DNA of 63,239 bases, the filler included, from Octopus bimaculoides (taxonomy: Eukaryota): NCBI RefSeq assembly GCF_001194135.2. It is 7 parts of 6 records of this genome, joined end to end, with 100 filler letters (N's around TTAATTAATTAA, not from the genome) between each part and the next. Parts side by side here need not be neighbours in the genome. Positions count along the whole stretch, not along the records: positions 34,082 to 41,329 come from NC_068993.1; positions 41,430 to 54,156 come from NC_069002.1; 5 more parts are not named here. One strand, written 5' to 3'. Positions 36,938 through 49,365 of this stretch are shown here, piece after piece. Made by a program: the position numbers and the translations under genes. The first letter of the stretch is position 1; every line of letters begins with the position of its first letter. A model generated the notes under the pieces. It saw only the letters and a list, made by a program, of their open reading frames with translations. It was not told where the DNA came from and did no database searches.

Positions 36938-37454
36938 TAAGCATCATCAATTACTGAATTTTCAAAAGGTTTCTCCCAAGTTTGAAGCTAAATTAATTTG
37001 ACAACATTTCAATTCTGCGAGTTGACTGAAATTAATGTGTGTGTGTGTGTGAATGTGTGTGTGCGTGCGTGCGCGCCTGCGTGTATGTTTTTAGCAATCT
37101 AGGACGACCGGCAAAAATCATGAATGCGATCTCTCTTTATTTGATTCAGTAATGATGATAATGGCCAACTGAATGAGTACTACAATCACTATACATTTTC
37201 ATGGTTCCTATTTAGACCTAAATAATTGGATAAGTGAACAGCGAAGAAAACCAGACAATTGGATGTTATATTTCTCTAATACAGTTTTTGTAGAACTCAA
37301 ACACGAGGTACAAAGAACAGACATTTAAACAGCGGTTCCCCAACTTTCTACTTTTTTTTTTTTTTGTACACTATGGACCGGTTTCAGGCAAGGCAATTAC
37401 CACGCGCATCACAAGACATAATAAAGTACATTACGTATAATTTAATTATTACGT

Positions 37455-37665
37455 ATACACGTAACCACACAGTGCTGGGTTCAGTCCCACTGCGTAACAT
37501 CTTGGGCAAGTGTCTTCTACTGTAGCCTCGAGCCGACCAAAGCCTTGTGAGGAGATCTGGTAGATGGAAACTGAAAGAAGCTCATCGCGCGCGCGGATGT
37601 GTTTGTGGCTTGACAACCAGTGTTGGTGTGTTTATACCCCCGTAACTAAGCGGCTCGGCAAAAGA
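37455..37665 (+). mobile_element. SINE family A, internally and 3' truncated
   Basis: GGGTTCAGTCCCACTGCG, TCTTGGGCAAGTGTCTT, CGTAACTAAGCGGCTCGGCAAAAGA. Confidence 0.85.
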
Positions 37666-37782
37666 TTCAGTAATGATGATAATCGCCAACTGAATGAGTA
37701 CTGCAATCACTATACATTTTCATGGTTGGTGTGTAAAGAGGGAAAGAACACCCATGTGCAATTTCCATGAAATTCGAATCAG

Positions 37783-38726
37783 TTCCGCAACTATAAGATG
37801 AATTTGATAAGATAAAATGCTTAAATAGTCTTGACTATAAATTTTGTCATGAAGGGAAACTATTGGACCGGCGGATTTTCAAGATATAGCCACCCGCCTC
37901 AGACCATCACAGATCCTCCTCCATGTTTAACAGTTGGAAGAATGCAGTCTGGGTCAAAAGCTTCTTTTAGCTGTCTCTACGCGTATACTCGGCCGGTGGT
38001 CAGAAATAAGGTAAGGGATGACTTGTCCGAGAAAATAACGTTCTTCCACTGCTCTAGGGACCAATTCTGTAGGTTTTTATTCCACTCTAAACGCTTTGCA
38101 GCGTTTGTTTTTGAAAGTAGTGGTTTTTCTGATTGCAGCCCTCCCGTGAAATCCNNNNNNNNNNNNNNNNNNNNNNNNNNNNNNNNNNNNNNNNNNNNNN
38201 NNNNNNNNNNNNNNNNNNNNNNNNNNNNNNNNNNNNNNNNNNNNNNNNNNNNNNNNNNNNNNNNNNNNNNNNNNNNNNNNNNNNNNNNNNNNNNNNNNNN
38301 NNNNNNNNNNNNNNNNNNNNNNNNNNNNNNNNNNNNNNNNNNNNNNNNNNNNNNNNNNNNNNNNNNNNNNNNNNNNNNNNNNNNNNNNNNNNNNNNNNNN
38401 NNNNNNNNNNNNNNNNNNNNNNNGACTGTCATTACTTTCGAGACAGTACTTCTTGATACTCCAAACATTTCGGCTGTTTTTGTTACGCTAGGGCCTGCCA
38501 TACGAGCACCAACAATTTGACCTCTTTGAAAATCCGATAGATCTGTGATGTAATTACCTTTTTCCGATGATAACTGAAAAGAAATAGCAATTTTAGCAAA
38601 ACATATTAAGCAACACTAATAATAAATCAAAAAACATAAAAATAAACAAGATTTTTACGGTTTTTACATCTTCCAAAATTATGATGCTATGATGCTAGGT
38701 GTTTCCATTATTTTGTCCAACCCCTG
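37783..38726 (-). mobile_element. Tc1 DNA transposon, 5' portion (TIR, HTH, first catalytic region), degenerate
   Basis: TA-CAGGGGTTGGACAAAATAATGGAAACACC terminus; DLSDFQRGQIVGARMAG.SVTKTA...VSRSTVS, RLEW...WKNVIFSDKS, VKHGGGSVMV; start codon reads ATC, with stops and frameshifts. Confidence 0.92.
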
Positions 38727-38907
38727 TACATACATACATGACAGGTTTCTACAGTTTCATAAACAAATAACCACCAGTTAAGTGACAGGACAAGCACGCG
38801 CGTGTCTGTCCGTATGTATGTATGTGTACGTACGTACATACATTTAGTTGTAGTGCACCTGAGCACTGTATACAACAATTTCCTTCATTATAAATACATA
38901 CATACAT

Positions 38908-39071
38908 GACGAGTTTCTACACAGTTTCTGCCTACTAAATCAACTCATAAGTCATTGGTCAGCCTGGAGCTATAATAAAAGTGACATTTGCTCAGAGCCA
39001 CGCGGCGAAACCGAAACTGAAACCACGTGGTTGAGAAACGAACGTCTGAACTACGCAGCCATGCCTGCACC
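38908..39071 (-). mobile_element. SINE family A head, degenerate
   Basis: CAGTTTCTGCCTACTAAATCAACTCATAAG...AACCACGTGG. Confidence 0.75.
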
Positions 39072-39219
39072 CGTTTTTGGGGGAAAAAATTACCAACAAA
39101 ATAATCATCCAAATTAAAATATAAACATACAAATGGCGAAACCCTAGCTTTTCGGGAACTGACCAACAGCGAAATAATACATACGCACATCATACATATT
39201 TATAATAATAAAAAAATAG

Positions 39220-39254
<35 letters not shown>

Positions 39255-39618
39255 GACCGTAAAAACATGGGTTCCGGGTGATACCTTGAGGCACATTGAA
39301 GAAAGATTGATAGAGAATATAACAAATCATGTTGATGTTTAACCATGTCAACCTTGATCGAGTCATGCCGTCCTTTTCATTTTAGGAATATGTAAGGTAA
39401 AACTACATTATTGTACATGTCTTTTCTTTAATTTAGACTGGGGGTGTAATAAGAGGGAAATCTGGCAGTTATTTCTAGCAGATCGAGCGATAGCTGAGAG
39501 GCTCCCCGGCTGGTTTGTTAAAGTGAAGGTTAAGTGTTTGAATGAAAGAGCGAGACAGAGGAAACACAATAAATACGAGCATAGCTATGTTATATAAGTA
39601 GGTACATGTATTTATGAG

Positions 39619-39656
<38 letters not shown>

Positions 39657-40050
39657 NNNNNNNNNNNNNNNNNNNNNNNNNNNNNNNNNNNNNNNNNNNN
39701 NNNNNNNNNNNNNNNNNNNNNNNNNNNNNNNNNNNNNNNNNNNNNNNNNNNNNNNNNNNNNNNNNNNNNNNNNNNNNNNNNNNNNNNNNNNNNNNNNNNN
39801 NNNNNNNNNNNNNNNNNNNNNNNNNNNNNNNNNNNNNNNNNNNNNNNNNNNNNNNNNNNNNNNNNNNNNNNNNNNNNNNNNNNNNNNNNNNNNNNNNNNN
39901 NNNNNNNNNNNNNNNNNNNNNNNNNNNNNNNNNNNNNNNNNNNNNNNNNNNNNGAGGGAGAGAGAAAGACAGACAGATAGAAAGAAAGGGATATTAAAGA
40001 AAGAGAGGAGTGTGACAGAGAACGAGAGAAGAAGAAGAAGGAGTAAGCGT

Positions 40051-40083
<33 letters not shown>

Positions 40084-40258
40084 TGTGTCAGATATAGAGA
40101 AAGGTTGCGTTATTATGAGAAAAGCGAGGGTGGAAGGATTACGGGATAATAAACAAGTAAGAGAGATACAGCTAAAGTTAGATAGAGAGAGAAAGATCAA
40201 CAAATATGTATCGTATTAAGAGGACGAGGAGTGTGAGTGGAAGTAAAAGTAGCAGTGA

Positions 40259-40336
40259 ATGAAAGGAGTGTTGTTGTTGCTATGCTTGTGCTACTCGGTG
40301 GTAGTTGATGGTGGTGGAGTGTCGGTGTGTCCGAAG
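40259..40336 (+). CDS. Candidate first coding exon, signal-peptide-like: MKGVLLLLCLCYSVVVDGGGVSVCPK
   Basis: ATG + 26 codons ending at a near-consensus phase-0 donor AAG|GTGAGT; basic n-region, hydrophobic core, terminal CP; partly low-complexity and no downstream exon identified. Confidence 0.4.
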
Positions 40337-40523
40337 GTGAGTCTGCCTTGGTATCCACACTGAACTCTATCTTTCTACCGTCCCGTTTCTTTTGGCAGAC
40401 ACCACAAATAATATATATGAACAGTCCCACAACTAACTTCCAGTGAAAAACAGAGGTTAATTAGTGAAAAATAAAACCCAAAAGATGGGCATTGTTCTAG
40501 GACATACACTGGTAGCTACTTAC

Positions 40524-40634
40524 CTCTATTATCGTAACAAAGACTGGTTTAAATGTCGGCAGGCAGACGACAGAGTCAACGTTGGCCGCCGACATGAAAA
40601 TATAAACAACAGCAGCAATAACATGACAGAACAT
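40524..40634 (-). CDS. Candidate first coding exon, signal-peptide-like: MFCHVIAAVVYIFMSAANVDSVVCLPTFKPVFVTIIE
   Basis: First ATG after an in-frame stop, 37 codons, consensus phase-0 donor GAG|GTAAGT, unique sequence; no homology recognised. Confidence 0.35.
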
Positions 40635-40969
40635 CTCCAACAGGTAACTTTAATAACTTTTTCCTTTCTGTTTACCTCATATAACAAGGCTAAAACCATA
40701 TTTTATTCAATTGTATTCAAGAAACTAGTACTGCTCTGTCGATCCAAAACGATCTGCTAACTCGGACCATCACTAGTTTCTTCGAATTCTGTGAAATCCC
40801 TTATTTGACATTTTATTAATATTTTGTTTCAGTTTCGTTTCTGCTTCGAGCCAATTCGCTTCCCTTGGCGGTATATCCTTGTGAACGGCATGATCGTCAC
40901 AACAAATAGCCTCTTGTATTTTTTTCCTCTAAATCTAAGAAATCAAAGAGCTGATCCGGCCGACTACAT

Positions 40970-41268
40970 CAGGGGGTTTCAAACTGTGGTCCGCGGACCA
41001 CAGGGGATCCGCAAGGACAAGACAGGAGGTCCGTGGACAGCAAATACTTTTTATGGGCAATTTGATTTTATATATGTTTTTTTAATCGAAATCTTTTAAT
41101 TGACAATAAACCTATTTTGATAAATACTGTTAAATAAATAAATGTAAAAATATATGTTATATTAAGCAAATATTTATGTATAAATTTCATAAGCGTTTAT
41201 AAGGGGGTCCCTAAGGTAAAGCCTGAAATATAAAGGGGTCCGCAAGTCAAAAAGTTTGAAAACCCCTG
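40970..41268. mobile_element. hAT (Charlie-like) MITE
   Basis: TIRs CAGGGGGTTTCAAACT / AGTTTGAAAACCCCTG, subterminal GGGGTCCGC motifs; TSD not preserved. Confidence 0.8.
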
Positions 41269-41329
41269 TCTTAAAATAATTCCTTTTCACAGAGCATAAC
41301 GGTAGATGATGAGGGAACGAGATGTGTTG

Positions 41330-41429
41330 NNNNNNNNNNNNNNNNNNNNNNNNNNNNNNNNNNNNNNNNNNNNTTAATTAATTAANNNNNNNNNNNNNNN
41401 NNNNNNNNNNNNNNNNNNNNNNNNNNNNN
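41330..41429. other. Artificial scaffold-join spacer 3
   Basis: N44-TTAATTAATTAA-N44. Confidence 0.95.
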
Positions 41430-41486
41430 TATATATATATATATATGTATGTATATATATATATATATATATACGTGTGTGTATAT

Positions 41487-41526
<40 letters not shown>

Positions 41527-42141
41527 ATGCATGTAGGCTTGAGTTCACAGCTGCTTATATGTTTACATATGTTTTATACATATGTACGTATGGCTGCCAG
41601 TTGTTGATTGAAATCATTCTTTTCTCCATGCCACAGCAACTATCTACATCTTATCTTTCATAACTTACAATATTTCCTTGCAGTCGGCCACCGTTCGCAC
41701 CTCATCATATGCAAATATTTAAAGTACATGCCTCACTAATATTTTTTACTGATGTGTATGTGTGTCTATGTATCTGTGGTAAGGGCGGGGGGTTTGCATT
41801 GTGTAACAATTATCTTAAATCGACATTCTTCAACGAGTATTACAACACCAAACAAAAACAATCCCATAAAAATAAACGCTCAGGTATTTTGTAATATAAG
41901 GTATTTAGGTGATACCTTATCGGAATAACCTCTATGGGGTCGCTCAACCTGCCAGAATTTTTTTTAATATATATATATATATATATATAAACAGTTTTAT
42001 ATCCGAGTTTAATCGCGGCCTCTCAGCAACATCAATAATATTCACGTGACATATAGGGTGATATACTCACATACACACGCACGCACACACACACACACAT
42101 ATACACATGCACACATACACGCACAGGCACGCACACACTCA

Positions 42142-42191
<50 letters not shown>

Positions 42192-43227
42192 CACACACAC
42201 ATATTCAGTTGAAATTTATAGAAAAACAAAAGACGAAGGTAGGAGTATGAACAACAAGAAAGGGTATATATATATANNNNNNNNNNNNNNNNNNNNNNNN
42301 NNNNNNNNNNNNNNNNNNNNNNNNNNNNNNNNNNNNNNNNNNNNNNNNNNNNNNNNNNNNNNNNNNNNNNNNNNNNNNNNNNNNNNNNNNNNNNNNNNNN
42401 NNNNNNNNNNNNNNNNNNNNNNNNNNNNNNNNNNNNNNNNNNNNNNNNNNNNNNNNNNNNNNNNNNNNNNNNNNNNNNNNNNNNNNNNNNNNNNNNNNNN
42501 NNNNNNNNNNNNNNNNNNNNNNNNNNNNNNNNNNNNNNNNNNNNNNNNNNNNNNNNNNNNNNNNNNNNNNNNNNNNNNNNNNNNNNNNNNNNNNNNNNNN
42601 NNNNNNNNNNNNNNNNNNNNNNNNNNNNNNNNNNNNNNNNNNNNNNNNNNNNNNNNNNNNNNNNNNNNNNNNNNNNNNNNNNNNNNNNNNNNNNNNNNNN
42701 NNNNNNNNNNNNNNNNNNNNNNNNNNNNNNNNNNNNNNNNNNNNNNNNNNNNNNNNNNNNNNNNNNNNNNNNNNNNNNNNNNNNNNNNNNNNNNNNNNNN
42801 NNNNNNNNNNNNNNNNNNNNNNNNNNNNNNNNNNNNNNNNNNNNNNNNNNNNNNNNNNNNNNNNNNNNNNNNNNNNNNNNNNNNNNNNNNNNNNNNNNNN
42901 NNNNNNNNNNNNNNNNNNNNNNNNNNNNNNNNNNNNNNNNNNNNNNNNNNNNNNNNNNNNNNNNNNNNNNNNNNNNNNNNNNNNNNNNNNNNNNNNNNNN
43001 NNNNNNNNNNNNNNNNNNNNNNNNNNNNNNNNNNNNNNNNNNNNNNNNNNNNNNNNNNNNNNNNNNNNNNNNNNNNNNNNNNNNNNNNNNNNNNNNNNNN
43101 NNNNNNNNNNNNNNNNNNNNNNNNNNNNNNNNNNNNNNNNNNNNNNNNNNNNNNNNNNNNNNNNNNATTGTTTCGTAACTTAAAAATATGTAAATAATTT
43201 ATATTATATTTAATAACAAAGAAAGTA

Positions 43228-43261
<34 letters not shown>

Positions 43262-43268
<7 letters not shown>

Positions 43269-43490
43269 CTCCCCACCACGGCTTGACAACCGGTGTTGGA
43301 GTGTTTACGCTTCCGCAACATAGCGGTTCGGAAAAAAGATAACGGTAGAATAAGTACCAGGGGTTAAAAGAACTAAAAAAAAAAATCAAATCACTGGGCC
43401 TGATTCATTCAACTAAGAAACAACTCTTAAAGGCGATGCCCCTGTATGGCCGCGGTCTGATGACAAAAAAAAAACAAATAAAAGATAAAA
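43262..43490 (+). mobile_element. SINE family A tail
   Basis: CCACCACGGCTTGACAACCGGTGTTGG...TAGCGGTTCGG...ATGGCCGCGGTC. Confidence 0.8.
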
Positions 43491-44799
43491 GATACATGCA
43501 TATATATACACACATGCATACGTACATACACACGCATACATACATGCTCACATACATACACATAGACATGGGTACATCCATCCATCCATACATACATACA
43601 TACATATATACATATATACATACATACATACATACATACATACATACATACATACATACCTATGTATTTATATGACCTATAAACACATATAGAGATGACC
43701 TATAAACACGTATAAAAAAAGGAACTGAATCCAATGAATTTCGTAGTAGTTTGCGTCAGCGAAATTATTTTTTTATTAGAAAAGCATAAGGATGTTGTTG
43801 TCGCTGTTGTTGTTGTTGTTGTTGTTGNNNNNNNNNNNNNNNNNNNNNNNNNNNNNNNNNNNNNNNNNNNNNNNNNNNNNNNNNNNNNNNNNNNNNNNNN
43901 NNNNNNNNNNNNNNNNNNNNNNNNNNNNNNNNNNNNNNNNNNNNNNNNNNNNNNNNNNNNNNNNNNNNNNNNNNNNNNNNNNNNNNNNNNNNNNNNNNNN
44001 NNNNNNNNNNNNNNNNNNNNNNNNNNNNNNNNNNNNNNNNNNNNNNNNNNNNNNNNNNNNNNNNNNNNNNNNNNNNNNNNNNNNNNNNNNNNNNNNNNNN
44101 NNNNNNNNNNNNNNNNNNNNNNNNNNNNNNNNNNNNNNNNNNNNNNNNNNNNNNNNNNNNNNNNNNNNNNNNNNNNNNNNNNNNNNNNNNNNNNNNNNNN
44201 NNNNNNNNNNNNNNNNNNNNNNNNNNNNNNNNNNNNNNNNNNNNNNNNNNNNNNNNNNNNNNNNNNNNNNNNNNNNNNNNNNNNNNNNNNNNNNNNNNNN
44301 NNNNNNNNNNNNNNNNNNNNNNNNNNNNNNNNNNNNNNNNNNNNNNNNNNNNNNNNNNNNNNNNNNNNNNNNNNNNNNNNNNNNNNNNNNNNNNNNNNNN
44401 NNNNNNNNNNNNNNNNNNNNNNNNNNNNNNNNNNNNNNNNNNNNNNNNNNNNNNNNNNNNNNNNNNNNNNNNNNNNNNNNNNNNNNNNNNNNNNNNNNNN
44501 NNNNNNNNNNNNNNNNNNNNNNNNNNNNNNNNNNNNNNNNNNNNNNNNNNNNNNNNNNNNNNNNNNNNNNNNNNNNNNNNNNNNNNNNNNNNNNNNNNNN
44601 NNNNNNNNNNNNNNNNNNNNNNNNNNNNNNNNNNNNNNNNNNNNNNNNNNNNNNNNNNNNNNNNNNNNNNNNNNNNNNNNNNNNNNNNNNNNNNNNNNNN
44701 NNNNNNNNNNNNNNNNNNNNNNNNNNNNNNNNNNNNNNNNNNNNNNNNNNNNNNNNNNNNNNNNNNNNNNNNNNNNNNNNNNNNNNNNNNNNNNNNNNN

Positions 44800-45120
44800 G
44801 GTTCAGTCCCACTGCGTGGCACCTTGGTCAAGTATCTTCCACAACACCCCCTGATCGACCAAAGCCTTGTGAGTGAATTTCGTAGAAGGAAACTGAAAGA
44901 AGCCCCTCGTATATATGTATATATATATGTGTGTGTGTGTGTCTGTGTTTGTTTGCCCGCCATCGCTTGACAACCGATCGGCAAAAGGGACAGATAGAAT
45001 AAGTACTAGGCTTACAAAAAATAAATCCCGCGGTCGATTTCTTCGACTAAAATCCTTTATGGTGTCGCTCCAGCATGGCCGCAGTCAAATGACTAAAACA
45101 AGTAATAGAATAAAAGAATA
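44800..45120 (+). mobile_element. SINE family A, 5' end in a gap, internal deletion in the tail
   Basis: GGTTCAGTCCCACTGCGTGGCACCTTGG...GAAAGAAGCCC...GCTCCAGCATGGCCGCAGTCAAATGACT. Confidence 0.88.
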
Positions 45121-45146
45121 GATAGATAGAGAGATAGAGAGAGAGA

Positions 45147-45177
<31 letters not shown>

Positions 45178-45217
45178 NNNNNNNNNNCATACATACATAC
45201 ATACATACATACATACA

Positions 45218-45249
<32 letters not shown>

Positions 45250-45310
45250 CACACACACACACAAGCGCTTATATATACTATGTGTGTATTCATAGATATA
45301 TATGTATATG

Positions 45311-45647
45311 GTAATAACGAGAATTTGGGGGACGGAAATTTATATATTTTATTAAAAGATTGCTACATACGTTTCTGCATAAAACGTTTGACTGACTATA
45401 TTCTCACATCCGTAGGGTACCATTAAATATTATTTATAATATCTATGGATCTTAAAGAAGTACATTTCATCATGTGTATACTTAATCAGGTATTTTACAT
45501 CAAGATCTTTAGATATTATAAATAATATTTAATATACACTAATTATCTGAAAATATTGTCACAAACAAGCATGTGTTGTGCAGAAAGGTACGTAGCAATG
45601 CATTGATAAGGTATATGAATTTCCGTCCCCAAAATTTTTGTTATTAC
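45311..45647. mobile_element. Foldback-like MITE, inverted symmetry over most of its length
   Basis: ~36-bp TIR GTAATAAC..AATTT.GGGGACGGAAATT.ATATA, a second imperfect IR (TGCTAC.TAC.TTTCTGCA) and a perfect 24-bp inner IR at 45422-45445/45510-45533. Confidence 0.85.
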
Positions 45648-46609
45648 TATATTTATACTAAGCTATTGGAAGTTTTGCATTCATAGCCATCCCATAGGAT
45701 TAGTCTGGGAGATGGGGATAATAAGGGGTTGCCAGCAATAAGTAGTACAGCAGCTTTTATGAGCGCACCGGTGGTATTTGTCCTAAACAAATTAATAGGA
45801 TATATATGTGTGTGTATATGTGTGTGTGCGTGTCTGTGTGTGTGTTTGTGTGTGTATGTATGCACACATGAATCTATGTATGTATGTATGTATGTATGTA
45901 TGTATGTATGTATGTATGTATGCATAATCCGGTCGTTATCATTGAACTTGGTTGAAAGTGAAACTCTTCTTGTGGCCTTTCGCTGTCAAATAAATATATC
46001 CATCCATTCTACCCAACACATTTACCAAGTCCTCATTTTAACTGTTTCCCCAATTTCATACTGGGCATATCTCACGTGTGTGTGTGTGTGNNNNNNNNNN
46101 NNNNNNNNNNNNNNNNNNNNNNNNNNNNNNNNNNNNNNNNNNNNNNNNNNNNNNNNNNNNNNNNNNNNNNNNNNNNNNNNNNNNNNNNNNNNNNNNNNNN
46201 NNNNNNNNNNNNNNNNNNNNNNNNNNNNNNNNNNNNNNNNNNNNNNNNNNNNNNNNNNNNNNNNNNNNNNNNNNNNNNNNNNNNNNNNNNNNNNNNNNNN
46301 NNNNNNNNNNNNNNNNNNNNNNNNNNNNNNNNNNNNNNNNNNNNNNNNNNNNNNNNNNNNNNNNNNNNNNNNNNNNNNNNNNNNNNNNNNNNNNNNNNNN
46401 NNNNNNNNNNNNNNNNNNNNNNNNNNNNNNNNNNNNNNNNNNNNNNNNNNNNNNNNNNNNNNNNNNNNNNNNNNNNNNNNNNNNNNNNNNNNNNNNNNNN
46501 NNNNNNNNNNNNNNNNNNNNNNNNNNNNNNNNNNNNNNNNNNNNNNNNNNNNNNNNNNNNNNNNNNNNNNNNNNNNNNNNNNNNNNNNNNNNNNNNNNNN
46601 NNNNNNNNN

Positions 46610-47835
46610 AAAGTCCCTAACTATCTATACCCATTACTGTTGGGTTCACTTATGGTCTCTCCTGATGGTAACCGCAATCCTCTGCAGGCTGCTTTCTTCC
46701 CTCTTTTCATATTAAGTACTGAGCATTTGGTAATCCCAAATTCTATACCGATGTCCCTACCACACTTCTGGATTGTTTTGGTTAAGGAATCTATCAGTTT
46801 TTAAGATTTCCCAAACAATTTCAGGTCACCCATAAACAAGATGGTTCAATGATGGGCCTTTCTTTCCACATCGGTAACCCATCTTAACTTTCCTAAGTGT
46901 CATTGTTATGAGTATTAGTGCAATTACAAAAAGTAACGGAGAAAACGAGTCCCCTTGGAAGATTCCCCTTTTAATATTAACTTCTCTAAGGAATACATTA
47001 CCTGAGTACAATTTGGTTTTCCACTCTTTCTAGCTATACATCAGGAAATTTGTGATGTTGTCAGCAATACCAAACATCTGCAAGCATTCAACGATCCAAG
47101 AATGAGGCATCATATCATATACCTTCTTAAAGTTAATCCAAGCCATAGACATTTTTGTATGATGTTTTTTACAATGCCTCAAAACTGTTTTATCGATGAC
47201 CAGTTGATCCTTGGTAACCTGAAAACTCTTCCTACTGCTGCACATATTCCAGTGAGTATCTTCCAAAGTGTGTTTGGGCATGTTATGGAACGGTAGTTTC
47301 CTACAATATTCCCTTTTCTTCTATCTTTCATTGCAAGTGTTATCCTCCCAGCCACCAGCCACACGGTGACTGTACCTTTCTGGACACACTCATTCAATTG
47401 GGCTGCAAGTCTTTCATGCATCGCGTGGCATCTCTTCAGCCAAAAGCCATGAATCCCATCTGGTCCGGGGGCTTTCCAGTTGGCACTTTACCTACTTGTT
47501 CTTTCGCGTCAACCATGCTTATGACAATATTCCTTTGTTTCTTTCCTCTTTGTAATTCTGCCTTGTTAATTCCTATCCACATTGCATCCCTTTTATGCAC
47601 CACATTATTTCCCCATAATCAGCTCCAAAACACCTTAGCCTGATTTGCATCAGGAGCAACATTTCCCCATCGTCTCCACCTAACTTTCGGAAGAATTGCT
47701 TCGGGTTATCTTTTGAACAATCTGTTCTCCTCGAACTGCTCATTTCTGTTCACAAATCTTCTGATCATCTAGCTTTTTTTGCCATCATCCTCTGTTTTAA
47801 CTGCTCTATTACTGCATCAAACCCGTTCTTCCGTA
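46610..47835 (-). mobile_element. Dong/R4-clade non-LTR retrotransposon, degenerate RT domain
   Basis: GRITLAMKD...NYRSITCPNTLWKILTGI, DQLVIDK, MAWINFKKVYD..PHSWI, IKRGIFQGDSFSPLLF, NHLVYGDLKLF, KCSVLNMKRG; frameshifts and stops. Confidence 0.92.
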
Positions 47836-47873
47836 TTTTATATTTATTCCGTATTTCTATTTATTCCGTATTT

Positions 47874-47890
47874 TATTATTATTATTATCA

Positions 47891-47972
<82 letters not shown>
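47874..47972. repeat. (ATT)n microsatellite next to the 5' truncation of the Dong-like element
   Basis: Directly visible. Confidence 0.95.
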
Positions 47973-47975
<3 letters not shown>

Positions 47976-48267
47976 CTCCACCCACAGCACCGCCTCCCTC
48001 TTACGAAATTTTATTCAACTCAGGTCGAAGCAGAATTTTTTCAAAACAAAAGTTTCCATTTATCAAATGACGGATTATTTCCTGTCCTTGTTCTATCATG
48101 AATGGGAATCTCGATTAACTTGCTAAATTGGTGAGAATTTATTACTTTTTTTCCCTTCACAATGCTCGAAGATATCTATAGACTTGGCGTCGTCATTCCT
48201 AGTCACGCTGTTGTTGTTGTTGTTATCGCCTCTTTTATCTCTTCATTGACATTTCATTCTATTCCAG

Positions 48268-48300
48268 TGACCAAATAGATGCTGCAATGAACGCCGATTC
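48268..48300 (+). CDS. Candidate 33-nt symmetric (phase 2-2) micro-exon, DQIDAAMNADS
   Basis: Long pyrimidine tract + TTGAC + TTCCAG acceptor; donor TTC|GTATGA; open frame. Confidence 0.25.
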
Positions 48301-48458
48301 GTATGAATCTTTCTAAATTAATACAACCGAACGGCGTTGAACGAAAGGGAGATAAATATAGTTTGACTGATTTTCTTTGGAAGATTTATGTGTGTGCGCG
48401 CACGTGTGTGTGTCTGTGTGTTGCCTGTGCGTGTGCTTTATATATATACATACATACA

Positions 48459-48496
<38 letters not shown>

Positions 48497-49365
48497 NNNN
48501 NNNNNNNNNNNNNNNNNNNNNNNNNNNNNNNNNNNNNNNNNNNNNNNNNNNNNNNNNNNNNNNNNNNNNNNNNNNNNNNNNNNNNNNNNNNNNNNNNNNN
48601 NNNNNNNNNNNNNNNNNNNNNNNNNNNNNNNNNNNNNNNNNNNNNNNNNNNNNNNNNNNNNNNNNNNNNNNNNNNNNNNNNNNNNNNNNNNNNNNNNNNN
48701 NNNNNNNNNNNNNNNNNNNNNNNNNNNNNNNNNNNNNNNNNNNNNNNNNNNNNNNNNNNNNNNNNNNNNNNNNNNNNNNNNNNNNNNNNNNNNNNNNNNN
48801 NNNNNNNNNNNNNNNNNNNNNNNNNNNNNNNNNNNNNNNNNNNNNNNNNNNNNNNNNNNNNNNNNNNNNNNNNNNNNNNNNNNNNNNNNNNNNNNNNNNN
48901 NNNNNNNNNNATATATATATATATATATATATATATAAGAAACTTGTGTAGATTTTTTTCTTTTCCCTTGCAATAACGGCAGTAAATAATATGGAAAGGA
49001 GGGTGACTCAGTCGTTGAGATGCTGGACTCCGTTCCCGGTCTATGGGTGGGTAGCGGATGGCACACTGTGTCAATAACTGAACGAGGCTCTTAATTATAC
49101 ATTGCTCAAACTTACTCAGCTAAAAATGAGCCCCACCCACGACTACCAGCAGCATCAGTAGCAGCAGATATAGCTGCTTGTGGTGAAACGCCGAGCGTCC
49201 TGTCAAGTAGAAGTGCCAATTCATCCCTTAACCTCCATTTCATCCCCCAAAAGTCTATCCTGATGGAACCTTGTCGTCTCATAACCAATAAATGACGCCC
49301 AGCTAAATAAAGACGTGAGATAATGAGATAATGATAATAATATTCTTTTTACTGAAGGCATAAGG

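Noticed and set aside
37150-37210. Box C/D snoRNA (ATGATGA in the 64-bp duplicated segment)
   Set aside because: There is no terminal CTGA box D at a suitable distance in either copy, and no terminal stem.
40833-40870. Second exon for the plus-strand signal-peptide candidate
   Set aside because: The acceptor is good, but the donor is weak (GTATAT) and the peptide FRFCFEPIRFPW does not complete an LRRNT C-x-C motif.
42046-44984. Long ORFs in the track (for example 383, 380 and 402 aa)
   Set aside because: They are open only because they run through N gaps and stop-free microsatellites. The same applies to most X-, YI-, CV-, HT- and SL-rich ORFs in the window.
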